Shown in pieces: positions 39,101 to 49,820 of a DNA stretch of 64,000 bases. Position 1 is the stretch's first letter; each line of letters begins with the position of its first letter. The notes beneath the pieces were generated by a model. That model saw nothing but the letters and a program-made list of their open reading frames with translations, had not been told where the DNA came from and made no database searches. The DNA is from Mobula hypostoma (lineage: Eukaryota). A program made the translations under genes and the position numbers. The DNA lies in the NCBI RefSeq assembly GCF_963921235.1, contig NC_086097.1, positions 18,602,001-18,666,000 of the forward strand, in the 5' to 3' direction.

Positions 39101-40187
39101 GCGGCCTCCAATGACATTACATCCTTTTCTTTGGAAAAAGGAACTAAACTACTCACTGTTCTCCAGCTGAGGCCTCACAAACACCTTGTACAATTGTAAC
39201 AACACCTCTCTTGTTCTTGACTCCAACCCCAAAATTCCATCTGTCTTCTTAACTATCTGTTGGATTGGTTGCTAAAGTTTTGTGATTTTGTGACACTGGA
39301 GCACATAGGTCCCTCTGAACTTCAATCATTTGCATTCTCTCTTCCTTTAAAAAGTAATCCATTTTTCAATTCTTCTTAACATATTGCATAATCTCACATT
39401 TCCTCACATCTAACTCCATTTGCCAGATTTTCACCCATTACTCATTCTATCTATATGCAACTGCAGAATTGCGATGGCCCTGTTAAATAATGCCCTTACA
39501 TCTATTTTCTTATCATTGGCAAACTTAAAAACCTTACATTTTGTTCCATCCTCCTCCAGGGCAGTAATGTAAGCAGAAAACAGTTGAAGGCTAGGAACCA
39601 TCCATGGGGTATTCCACTAGATACATCCCTCCAGCCTGAAAAAGACCAATAAATTCCAGCTCTTTGTTCCCTACTTGACAGCCAGCTTTCAATCCATGCT
39701 AACACACTTCTTCCCATACTTTTGGCTTTTAATTCATGCTCAAGGTTGTATGGGATATCTTGTCAAATGCCTTTTGGAGGTCTAGATATATTGCACCTAT
39801 CAATTCTCCCTTTCACATCCTCAAAGAATTTAAGCAAATTTTTCAAGCGTGATTTAGCTTTCATAAAACCATTTTGAGTAGGTTTGATTAAATTAGACTT
39901 TCCTAAATGAATAGTTATTTGCTCTTTGATTATTGTCTCTAGCGTTTTGTGAATAATAAATGGTAAATAAACTGGCCTACGGTTCCCTGCCTTCTGTCTT
40001 CCTCTATGTTTTGAACAGGGGTTTAAAGATTAACTTTATTTGTCACATGTACAACAAAACATACAGTCAGATGCATCACTTGTATCAAATCAAATCTGCA
40101 AGGATTGTGCTGGGGAGCTTGCAGTTGTCGCCATGCATCCAGCACCAACAGACATAGCATGTCCACAGCTCACCAACCCTAACTGTA

Positions 40188-41116
40188 CGAGGGCTGATTG
40201 ATAAGTTTGTGGCCTAAGGGAGAAGGAGTCAATTTTAGAAAACCTAGCACATTTATTTTTCACCCATAGTCCCCTCGTACATTTGCACACTTAGTCCAGC
40301 GGTCGTGGAGCATACGGATCCCTTCTTTGTAGAAGTCGGCATCTTGGAGCTCCAGCAAGTGGTCCACAGCAGGGGTGATTGATAAGTTTGTGGCCTAAGG
40401 TAGAAACATAGAAACATAGAAAATAGGTGCAGGAGTAGGCCATTCGGCCCTTCGAGACTGCACCGCCATTTATTATGATCATGGCTGGTCATCCAACTCA
40501 GAACCCCGCCCCAGCCTTCCCTCCATACCCCCTGACCCCTGTAGCCACAAGGGCCATATCTAACTCCCTCTTAAACACAGCCAATGAACTGGCCTCAACA
40601 GTTTGCTGTGGCAGAGAATTCCACAGATTCACCACTCTCTGTGTGAAGAAGTTTTTCCTAATCTCGGTCCTAAAAGGCTTCCCCTCTATCCTCAACCTGT
40701 GGCCCCTCGTTCTGGACTTCCCCAACATCGGGAACAATCTTCCTGCATCTAGCCTGTCCAATCCCTTTAGGATCTTATACGTTTCAATCAGATCCCCCCT
40801 CAATCTTCTAAAGGAGATGAGTTATACAGCTCTCATTACATGCACGTGCAGTTCAACTCTTTGCGTGATTATGCAGAAAGTTTGAAGTTAACATCTCCTT
40901 CTACCTTAGGCCATGAACTTATCAATCACCCCTGCTGTGTTCCATTTTCTGGAGCTCCAAGATGCCGACTTCTACAAAGAAGGGATCCGTATGCTCCACG
41001 ACCGCTGGACTAAGTGTGCAAATGTACGAGGGGACAATGGGTGAAAAATAAATGTGCTAGGTTTTCTAAAATTGACTCCTTCTCCCTTAGGCCACAAACT
41101 TATCAATCAGCCCTCG
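40188..41116. mobile_element. Palindromic mariner-derived MITE at the palindrome centre
   Basis: Outer TIR 'cgagggctgattgataagtttgtggcctaagg' after TA (40186-40187); inner TIRs at 40371-40405 and 40899-40933; both arms carry a mariner C-terminus 'FYKEGIRMLHDRWTKCANVRGD'. Confidence 0.88.
40401..40812 (-). mobile_element. Young CR1 3' end inserted in the MITE
   Basis: Open 101-aa ORF 'MRGDLIETYKILKGLDRLDAGRLFPMLGKSRTRGHRLRIEG'; tail shared with about 45720-45800; the MITE resumes 'ggagatga' near 40813. Confidence 0.93.
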
Positions 41117-43510
41117 TACAGTTAGGGTTGGTGAGCTGTGGACATGCTATGTCTGTTGGTGCTGGATGCATGGCGACAACTGCAAGCTCCCCAGCACAAT
41201 CCTTGCAGATTCGATTTGATACAAGTGATGCATCTGACTGTATGTTTTGATGTACATGTGACAAATAAAGTTAATCTTTAAACCCCTGTTCAAAACATAG
41301 AGGAAAACAGAAGGCAGGGAACTGTAGGCCAGTTTATTTACCATTTATTATTCACAAAACGCTAGAGACAATAATCAAAGAGCAAATAACTATCCATTTA
41401 GGAAAGTCTAATTTAATCAAACCTACTCAAAATGGTTTTATGAAAGCTAAATCACGCTTGAAAAACTTGCTTAAATTCTTTGAGGATGTGAAAGGGAGAA
41501 TTGATAGGTGCAATATATTTAGACCTCCAAAAGGCATTTGACAAGATGTCCCATAGAACCTTGAGCATGAATTAAAAGCCAAAAGTATAGGAAGAAGTGT
41601 GTTAGCATGGATTGAAAGCTGGCTATCAAGTAGGGAACAAAGAGCTGGAATGAATTGGTCTTTTTCAGGCTGGAGGGATGTATCTAGTGGAATACCCCAT
41701 GGATGGTTCTTAGCCTTCAACTGTTTTCTGCTTACATTACTGCCCTGGAGGAGGATGGAACAAAATGTAAGGTTTTTAAGTTTGCCAATGATAAGAAAAT
41801 AGATGTAAGGGCATTATTTAACAGGGCCATCGCAATTCTGCAGTTGCATATAGATGATTGAGTAATGGGTGAAAATCTGGCAAATGGAGTTAGATGTGAG
41901 GAAATGTGAGATTATGCAATATGTTAAGAAGAATTGAAAAATGGATTACTTTTTAAAGGAAGAGAGAATGCAAATAATTGAAGTTCAGAGGGACCTATGT
42001 GCTCCAGTGTCACAAAATCACAAAAATTTAGCAGCCAATCCAACAGATAGTTAAGAAGACAGATGGAATTTTGGGGTTGGAGTCAAGAACAAGAGAGGTG
42101 TTGTTACAATTGTACAAGGTGTTTGTGAGGCCTCAACTGGAGAACAGTGAGCAGTTTAGTTCCTTTTTCCAAAGAAAAGGATGTAATGTCATTGGAGGCC
42201 GCCCAAAGCAGATTAACAGGCTAATTCCTAGAGATGTCTTCCTAGAGATGCTGCCTGGCCTGCTGCGTTCACCAGCAAGTTTAATGTGTGTTGTTAACAG
42301 GCTAATTGTTAGGATGAGAGAGTTGCCCTATCAAGAGGAGCTAGACAGTTTGTGAATGTTGGAGCTCAGGAGAATCTGAATCTGAATCTGAATCAGGTTT
42401 AATTTCACTAAGATATGTATGTATCAATATACAAGGTATGTATGTATATATGAGGTAAATAATATATAAGATTGCAAGGGAGCTTGAGAGGGTAGATATT
42501 GAGATACGTTCGCAAGTGGAAAGTCATAAACAATGAGGCATAACTACAAAATAAGGGGCTGGTTATTTTAAAACTGAGGTGTGTAGAAACTTCTCTCAAA
42601 TGGTACTGAGCCTCTGGGAATCTCTAACTCTGGGGTGGGGGGCACGGTGTGGAGTGCAGACCGGACCATTTAATGAAACTCAATTCAGTTCAATTCAAGT
42701 TTAATTCTCAGTCAACCACACATGAATACTCATGAACACAGTCAAACAAGATAGTGTTACTCTCGGGACAAGGTGCTAAAACAAATTACCAACAGTCATG
42801 CACAAGATCACAATCATAGAATAATAGAGTTCTGACGCCCTGCCCCCACCACCCATGGCACCATGGCCTGAGGCCCAGTTCTTGCATATACAAGTCAACA
42901 AATCCATATAGAATATCAGAAAAACACAAGGACGCAGAATATGCATGTATAGAGTCGAGACCCCAGCCCACCAAGATCATCTGATGCCTGCCTTCGACAC
43001 CCGACGCCCGCTAGGTGGTATCACAGCTTTGAGGGCCTGTCCTCCTAAATTTATTTCGGCTGGAGATAGATGAATAAAGAAATTTGCATTTCTGACTTCA
43101 TGTACATCGAAACAGAGTGAAATGCTTCATTTGGGTCAAACCAAAGCAGCAAGAATTCTGCTGAGCAGCTCACAAATGTTGGCATGCTTTCGGCATCAAC
43201 ATAGCGTATGTTCACAGAGCAACATGTATAAGATCGAGGAATAGATGGTTATGGGGAACTAGCACAGATGGATAGTTACACACACAAAACACTGGAGGGA
43301 CTCAGCAGCATCTCCGGAGAGGGATAAACAGTCGAAGCTTCGGGCTGAGACCCTTTATCACGACTGGAAAGGAAAGCGAAAGAAGCCAGAACAAGAAGGT
43401 GGAGGGAGGGAAATTAGTACAAGTCAGCAAGTAATAGGTGAGGGGGAAGGTAGGTTGGTGGGTGGGAAGGAAGAAGTGAGAAGTTGGAGATGACAGGTGG
43501 AAAAGGTAAA

Positions 43511-43532
43511 CAAACTTATCAATCACCCCTCG
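43511..43532. mobile_element. Orphan right TIR of the mariner MITE
   Basis: 'caaacttatcaatcacccctcg', then TA (43533-43534), then the continuation of the SINE that was interrupted at 40187. Confidence 0.9.
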
Positions 43533-44107
43533 TATATCTTTGGAATGCGGGAGAAAATCGAAGCACCCTGAGGAGATAACGCATTCACAGGGAGAATGTG
43601 CAAACTCCTTTCAGACCGTGGCAGGATTTTAACCCCGATCTTACAGCTGGTACTGCACTGGCATTACACTGTTATGCTACTATTGGCTATTGCCTGCTTT
43701 CCATATTGGCTATTTCGAAATCTGAAATCAAAACAGAGTGTAGTGGTGACCTCACTTTCTTTGTCAGAATTACAAAGAAGAGATTTTAAAAAATGTAGGT
43801 TTAGAGAAGATGGTGGATGGGACAAAAGGAGTATCTGTGAACAGTTGACACGAGCATTGCCATGGAGATGGGTTGTATGAGTCTGATGTCATCCTGCATT
43901 TGATATTCACAATGTGACCTCCTCTACACTGGAGAAGCCAAACAGAGATTGGGTAATGGTTTTTCAATCATTGTCATCATCATTATGTGTCGTGTCATAT
44001 GACATGGGCAATCATGCTTTGCAAAGCACCTGCATTCAGTCTGCAGGAAGGACCCTGATGCCTGCCACTTTAATTCACCTTTCCAATTCCACTCCGATCT
44101 ACCTTCA

Positions 44108-45800
44108 TTGAGAAAAAGGACCGCAAAGGTAGTAATCTCGGGATTACTGCCTGTGCCACGCGACAGTGAGAGTAGGAATGCGATGAGGTGGAGGATAAAT
44201 GCGTGGCTGAGGGATTGGAGCAGGGGGCAGGGATTCAAGTTTTTGGATCATTGGGACCTCTTTTGGCGCAGGCGTGACCTGTACAAAAAGGACGGGTTAC
44301 ACTTGAATCCTAGGGGGACCAATATCCTGGCAGGGAGATTAGCGGGGGCTACTGAGGTGACTTTAAACTAGAATGGTTGCGGGGTGGGAATCAAATTAAA
44401 GAGGCTAGGCGTGAGGAGGTTAGTTCACAACAGAGGGATGGGAACCAGTGCAGAGAGACAGAGGGGTGTAAAGTGAGGGTAGAAGCAAAAAGTACAAAGG
44501 AGAAAAGTAAAAGTGGCAGGCCGACAAATCCAGGGCAAGCATTAAAAAGGGCCACTTTTCAACATAATTGTATAAGGGCTAAGAGAGTTGTAAAAGAGCG
44601 CCTGAAGGCTTTATGTGTCAATGCAAGGAGCATTCGTAATAAGGTGGATGAATTGAAAGTGCAGATTGTTATTAATGATTATGATATAGTTGGGATCACA
44701 GAGACATGGCTCCAGGGTGACCAGGGATGGGAGCTCAATGTTCAGGGATATTCAATATTCAGGAGGGATAGACATGAAGGAAGGGGAGGTGGGGTGGCGT
44801 TGCTGGTTAAAGAAGAGATTAACGTAATAGAAAGGAAGGACATAAGCCGGGAAGATGTGGAATCGATATGGGTAGAGCTGCGTAACACCAAGGGGCAGAA
44901 GACGCTGGTGGGAGTTGTGTACAGGCCACCTAACAGTAGTAGTGAGGTCGGAGATGGTATTAAACAGGAAATTAGAAATGTGTGCAATAAAGGAACAGCA
45001 GTTATAATGGGTGACTTCAATCTACATGTAGACTGGGTGAACCAAATTGGTAAAGGTGCTGAGGAAGAGGATATCTTGGAATGTATGCAGGATGGTTTTT
45101 TGAACGAACATGTCGAGGAACCAACTAGAGAGCAGGCTATTCTGGACTGGGTTTTGAGCAATGAGGAAGGGTTAATTAGCGATCTTGTCGTGAGAGGCCC
45201 CTTGGGTAAGAGTGACCATAATATGGTGGAATTCTTCATTAAAATGGAGAGTGACATAGTTAATTCAGAAACAAAGGTTCTGAACTTAAAGAGGGGTAAC
45301 TTTGAAGGTATGAGACGTGAATTAGCTAAGATAGACTGGCAAATGACACTTAAAGGATTGACGGTGGATATGCAATGGCAAGCATTTAAAGGTTGCATGG
45401 ATGAACTACAACAATTGTTCATCCCAGTTTGGCAAAAGAATAAATCAAGGAAGGTAGTGCACCCGTGGCTGACAAGAGAAATTAGGGATAGTATCAATTC
45501 CAAAGAAGAAGCATACAAATTAGCCAGAGAAAGTGGCTCACCTGAGGACTGGGAGAAATTCAGAGTTCAGCAGAGGAGGACAAAGGGCTTAATTAGGAAG
45601 GGGAAAAAAGATTATGAGAGAAAACTGGCAGGGAACATAAAAACGGACTGTAAAAGCTTTTATAGATATGTAAAAAGGAAAAGACTGGTAAAGACAAATG
45701 TAGGTCTTTAAATGTAGATGATAATAAATGGCGGTGCAGGCTCGAAGGGCCGAATGGCCTACTCCTGCACCTATTTTCTATGTTTCTATGTTTCTATGTT
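44108..45800 (+). mobile_element. Young internally deleted CR1: ORF1 esterase C-terminus, ORF2 endonuclease and 3' tail, with no RT
   Basis: 44108-44371 'VVISGLLPVP...INAWLRDW...FLDHWDLFW.RRDLYKKDGLHLN' (SGNH-type ORF1); ORF2 follows; jumps to the 3' UTR near 45720. Confidence 0.92.
44377..45711 (+). CDS. CR1 ORF2 N-terminal half (APE-like endonuclease), uninterrupted 444 aa, truncated before RT
   Basis: 'NARSIRNK', 'VGITETWL', 'GVVYRPP', 'IMGDFN', 'ILDWVL', 'SDHNMV'. Confidence 0.85.
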   Translation: MRGGNQIKEARREEVSSQQRDGNQCRETEGCKVRVEAKSTKEKSKSGRPTNPGQALKRATFQHNCIRAKRVVKERLKALCVNARSIRNKVDELKVQIVINDYDIVGITETWLQGDQGWELNVQGYSIFRRDRHEGRGGGVALLVKEEINVIERKDISREDVESIWVELRNTKGQKTLVGVVYRPPNSSSEVGDGIKQEIRNVCNKGTAVIMGDFNLHVDWVNQIGKGAEEEDILECMQDGFLNEHVEEPTREQAILDWVLSNEEGLISDLVVRGPLGKSDHNMVEFFIKMESDIVNSETKVLNLKRGNFEGMRRELAKIDWQMTLKGLTVDMQWQAFKGCMDELQQLFIPVWQKNKSRKVVHPWLTREIRDSINSKEEAYKLARESGSPEDWEKFRVQQRRTKGLIRKGKKDYERKLAGNIKTDCKSFYRYVKRKRLVKTNVGL

Positions 45801-46153
45801 ATAAGGACACCTCATCTTCCCTCTGGCACACTGCAGCCTTCCAGAAGTAATACTGAATTCCCCAACTTCAAGTACTCACGTTCGCCATCTGTGTTAGAAT
45901 GGCCATTTCTGCTGTGAGTCATCCTTCTGTCACATTGACTCACAGTTTTATCCACTGGGCATGTCCCACAACCTGCTATCAGCAACACGTCACACTCCTT
46001 TAACCATTTCTGGGTTGCAGAATCGGCGTGTCCTGGGATTGATGTCGAGGGTCAAACTGGAAGTCTGGAGTGTGTGAATCTCTGTGAGTCTGCTGACGAA
46101 ATTGAAGCCCAATGCCTGAAAGCCCAAGTTCACTGGAAGCTGGAGGCTGGTGG

Positions 46154-46159
<6 letters not shown>

Positions 46160-46211
<52 letters not shown>
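46160..46211. repeat. (TG)n microsatellite
   Basis: Perfect dinucleotide run of about 26 units. Confidence 0.98.
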
Positions 46212-46212
<1 letters not shown>

Positions 46213-46429
46213 ACGCGCACGCACGCATGAATGGGACTTGTTTTTGCTGTTGTTCTGTGTTGTTCAGCTGAACATTGTGTGCATGATATGTTGTCACCAA
46301 AATGTGTGGGACACCTGGGGGCTGCTTGCCCCCATCACACCCCCCAGTGTGCTAGTTGTTAACACAAATGATGCATTTGCCAACATCAGTGTAGCATACT
46401 GCATGCCAACATCAGTGAACTTGAGACCA

Positions 46430-48815
46430 GGTATCCGGATGCTTTGCTCATTACACCTAGGGACTTTAACCAGGCCAACCTCAGAAAGGCGCTACCAGAG
46501 TTATACCAACATGTCTCCTGCCCCACTAGAGGCCCGAATATACTTGACCACTGCTACACAGCAGTCAAGGATGCCTACCGTTCCATCCCACGACCTCATT
46601 TGGAAAATCGGACCATCAGGCCGTACTTCTCCTCCCGGCTTACAAAGAGAAACTGAAGTGGGAGGTCACAGTTTCAAAAGTAGTGTCGCATTGGACGGAG
46701 GAAACGGATGAGGTCCTCGACTGCTTTGAATCGGTGAACTGGCTAGTATTCAAGGACTCGGCAGCTAACCTCGATGAGTATGCCTCGGCTGTCATGGACT
46801 TTACTTGGACATGCACGGAAGATGTGTCTCGCAAGACGATCCGGGTATTCCCTAACCGGAAACCTTGGATGAATTATGAGGTCAAGTCCCTTTTAAAGGC
46901 TAGAACTGCGGCTTTTAGGTCCGGGGATACCAGATGCTACACGGAATCCAGGTGTGAACTCCGGAAAGCCATTAAGGGCTCCAAGAGGCAATATTGAGCC
47001 AAGTTGGAAGCTCAGGCTAACCAAGGTGATGCCAGTAGAATATGACAGGGTCTAAATGAGATCACTGGGCGCAAAGAAAAGGCTGGGAGTAGCAATAACT
47101 GTGGCACTTCTCTTCCTGACGAACTTAACGTATTCTACGCAAGATTCGAACAGAAGAGGAGCGTTCCGCTCCCTCCGGATGAACCGGACCTGGTGGCATC
47201 GAGATTCACCATCACCAAGGAGGATGTTAGAAAGGCCTTCCTGAAGATAAGGGCCCAGATGGCGTCCCAGGACGGGTTCTCCGGGCCTGTGCAAGCAAGC
47301 TAGCTGGAGTGTTTGCTGACATCTTCAACTGCTCCTTGCTTCAGTCTAAGATCCCCTCATGTTTTAAGAAGGCAATGATAATCCCGGTGCCGAAGAAGAG
47401 CAAGGTGGCATGCCTGAATGACTATCGACCTGTGGCTCTGACATCAATTGCTACGAAGTGCTTCGAGAGATTGGTTATGGCACGTATCAACCACAGCCTA
47501 CCAGTCAACCTCGACGCTTTGCAATTCGCCTACCAGAGCAACAGGTCAACGGCAGATGCCATCTCTCTGGCCCTACATTCCTCCTTAGAACACCTGGGGA
47601 ATGAAGACGCATACGTAAGGCTCCTTTTCATTGACTACAGCTCTGCCTTTAATACCACCATTCCAAATAAACTGATTCCTAAGCTCCGGAACCTGGGCCT
47701 CAGCACTCAGATCTGCAGCTGGATCTCCAACTTCCTCACAGACAGGACCCAGGCTGTGAAAATAGGGGACAAGCTCTCCTCTACAATCACTCTGAGCACC
47801 GGTGCCCCACAAGGCTGTGTACTCAGCCCCCTGCTGTACTCACTGTACACCCATGATTGTGTAGCCAAGTTTCCATCAAACTCAATATATAAGTTTGCTG
47901 ATGACACAACAATCGTAGGACGTATCTCGGGTAATGATGAGTTTGAGTACGGAGAGGAAATTAAGAACCTGGTGGCATGGTGCGAAGACAATAACCTATC
48001 CCTAAAAGTCAGCAAGACGAAGGAATTGGTTGCTGACTTCAGAAGGAGTAGCGGACTGCACGACCCAATTTACATCGGTGGTATGCAAGTGGAACAGGTC
48101 AAAAGCTTTAACTTCCTCAGGGTCAATATCACAAATGACCTGACTTGGTCCAACCAAGCAGAGTCCACTGCCAAGAAGGCCCACCAGCAGCTTTACTTCC
48201 TGAGAAAACTAAAGAAATTTGGCCTGTCCACTAAAACCCTCACTAATTTTTATAGATGCACCGTAGAAAGCATTCTTCTAGGATGCATCACAACCTGGTA
48301 TGGAAGTTGTCCTGTCCAAGACCGAAAGGAGCTGCAGAAGATCGTGAACATGGCGCAGCACATCACACAAACCAATCTTCCATCCGTGGACTCACTTTAC
48401 ACCGCACGCTGTCGGAGCAGTGCTGCCAGGATAATCAAGGACACGAGCCAACTAGCCAACACACTTCTCGTCCCTCTCCCCTCCGGGAGAAGGCTCAGGA
48501 GCTTGAAGATTCATATGGCCAGATTTGGGAACAGCTTCTTTCCAACTGTGATAAGACTGCTGAACGGATCCTGACCCAGATCTGGGCCGTACCCTCCAAA
48601 TATCCGGACCTGCCTCTCGGTTTTTTTGCACTACCTTACGTACCATTTTTCTATTTTCTATTTATGATTTATAATTTAAATTTTTAATATTTACTAATTT
48701 TAACTATTTTTAATATTTTTAAAAATTTACTATTTGTAATCAAGGGAGTAAGAAGCGCAGAATCAAATATCGCTGTGATGATTGTACGCCAATTGTTTGG
48801 CGTAAATAAAGTAGA
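46430..48815 (+). mobile_element. Rex/Babar LINE (EN C-terminal part, RT and 3' UTR), young, inserted in a SINE
   Basis: 'DFNQANL...YQHVSCPTRG.NILDHCYT', 'FPNRKPWMN', 421-aa RT ORF; SINE text on both sides (about 46250-46385 and 48820-48870). Confidence 0.95.
47309..48574 (+). CDS. Rex/Babar reverse transcriptase ORF (open 421 aa; upstream frameshifted)
   Basis: '[10 protein letters not shown]', 'QFAY', '[10 protein letters not shown]', '[21 protein letters not shown]', 'KFADDTT'. Confidence 0.88.
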   Translation: MFADIFNCSLLQSKIPSCFKKAMIIPVPKKSKVACLNDYRPVALTSIATKCFERLVMARINHSLPVNLDALQFAYQSNRSTADAISLALHSSLEHLGNEDAYVRLLFIDYSSAFNTTIPNKLIPKLRNLGLSTQICSWISNFLTDRTQAVKIGDKLSSTITLSTGAPQGCVLSPLLYSLYTHDCVAKFPSNSIYKFADDTTIVGRISGNDEFEYGEEIKNLVAWCEDNNLSLKVSKTKELVADFRRSSGLHDPIYIGGMQVEQVKSFNFLRVNITNDLTWSNQAESTAKKAHQQLYFLRKLKKFGLSTKTLTNFYRCTVESILLGCITTWYGSCPVQDRKELQKIVNMAQHITQTNLPSVDSLYTARCRSSAARIIKDTSQLANTLLVPLPSGRRLRSLKIHMARFGNSFFPTVIRLLNGS

Positions 48816-49289
48816 AAGTACTTCATTGTATGTTTCAATGTACATGTGATAAATAAACTTGAATCTAGAATCTAACTTCCCCCATTAACCTGCTCAATGA
48901 GACAAACCCTATAACTTATCCCATGGCCATGCTAGCCTTATCCGATCATACATATTCCCCATATCCTTTCTATCCCTTCCACCATTCTAGCAATTCAAAG
49001 CAATATTTTTATATCTCTCTTACACAGTCTGGCAAAGGGTCTTCAACCTTAAATGTTCACAGTTTCTCTTTTCACAGATGCTGCCTATCCTCTCGGACAG
49101 TGTTTCTCTCTCAAAGAATAACTGGCTGTCAGGTAGGAAACATATTTGCAATGGGCTGCTGCAAGCTCCATTTCTACTACAAGGCTGTGAATGTGTTGAT
49201 ATTTGTTGCCTTGTCAAGAGAAGCTAAACAGTTTCTTGTTTGTGGAGTCTTGTGCAAAATAATCAGCACAGATCCAGGAGCAATGAGTG

Positions 49290-49820
49290 AGGCCTCCATT
49301 GGTTAGTGTCAACCATGGATGTTGTGTCCTAGCTGTCTAGATACGCATGCCAGGGCAGTAGAACGTGGAGAGCAAGCTATGCAACTGATGAACCCAAAGG
49401 AACAGCAGAGACCAATACGGTTTGGTACCAGTAGCATTGCAGGAGTTGCCAGTTAGCGTTGAACTCAATGTAGGACTGCCTTAGGGACGCCACCTCCAGA
49501 TTTTTTCCTCGAGGTTTACTCCTGAAGTCTTCCCCATGAGTGAGTACAGCCGTAAGGCAGCAGAGGTTTGAGATCAGAGCTCTCCTTCTCCTAGCTGAGC
49601 AGGCAAGCCCTACCTGCCCGAAGAGACTGGTTTTAAGGTGCCAGTTTCTTCTCCTGTCAGTAGAAGTGGTTCCAACAAGCTTAATAGCTAAGCCACATAT
49701 GAAGGCCACGAGCTGGACATGGTTGTCAGAGGCTATTTGAGGCAGATGTCATTGGGAGTATTTAATAGACAGTGGGCTACTTAATAGACACCCTCAGCTA
49801 TAATAACCTTAAAGAACCTA
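49290..49820 (-). mobile_element. Non-autonomous, probably RTE-related retroposon (older)
   Basis: About 530 bp with no credible ORF; AGCAAT on both sides (49279-49284, 49821-49826); RTE-5'UTR-like text recognised from memory. Confidence 0.5.

Larger units (their letters stand above)
37812..43510. repeat. Large inverted duplication (arms 37812-40405 and 40899-43510)
   Basis: The arms are reverse complements with scattered substitutions and a ~20-bp indel; mirror-image ORFs in the track (38704/42408, 39502/41599, 39960/41147, 40090/41014). Confidence 0.98.
43905..45875 (+). mobile_element. Old Penelope GIY-YIG remnant split by the CR1 at 44108-45800
   Basis: 'LLYTGEAKQRLG', 'HL.SVC', 'HFNS' before the CR1; 'HLIF..GTLQP' text after it. 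Confidence 0.6.

Noticed and set aside
37812..43510. Palindrome as a long-read fold-back assembly artefact
   Set aside because: The arms differ by substitutions and a ~20-bp indel, there is a unique spacer, and the distal junction rejoins a TIR + TA + the interrupted SINE in a biologically coherent way.
44742..45518. 258-aa antisense ORF
   Set aside because: Shadow ORF opposite the CR1 endonuclease ORF; Ser/Leu-rich with no motif.
46112..46711. 199-aa Cys/Val-rich ORF
   Set aside because: Read-through of a (TG)n microsatellite, a SINE and an off-frame Rex sequence.
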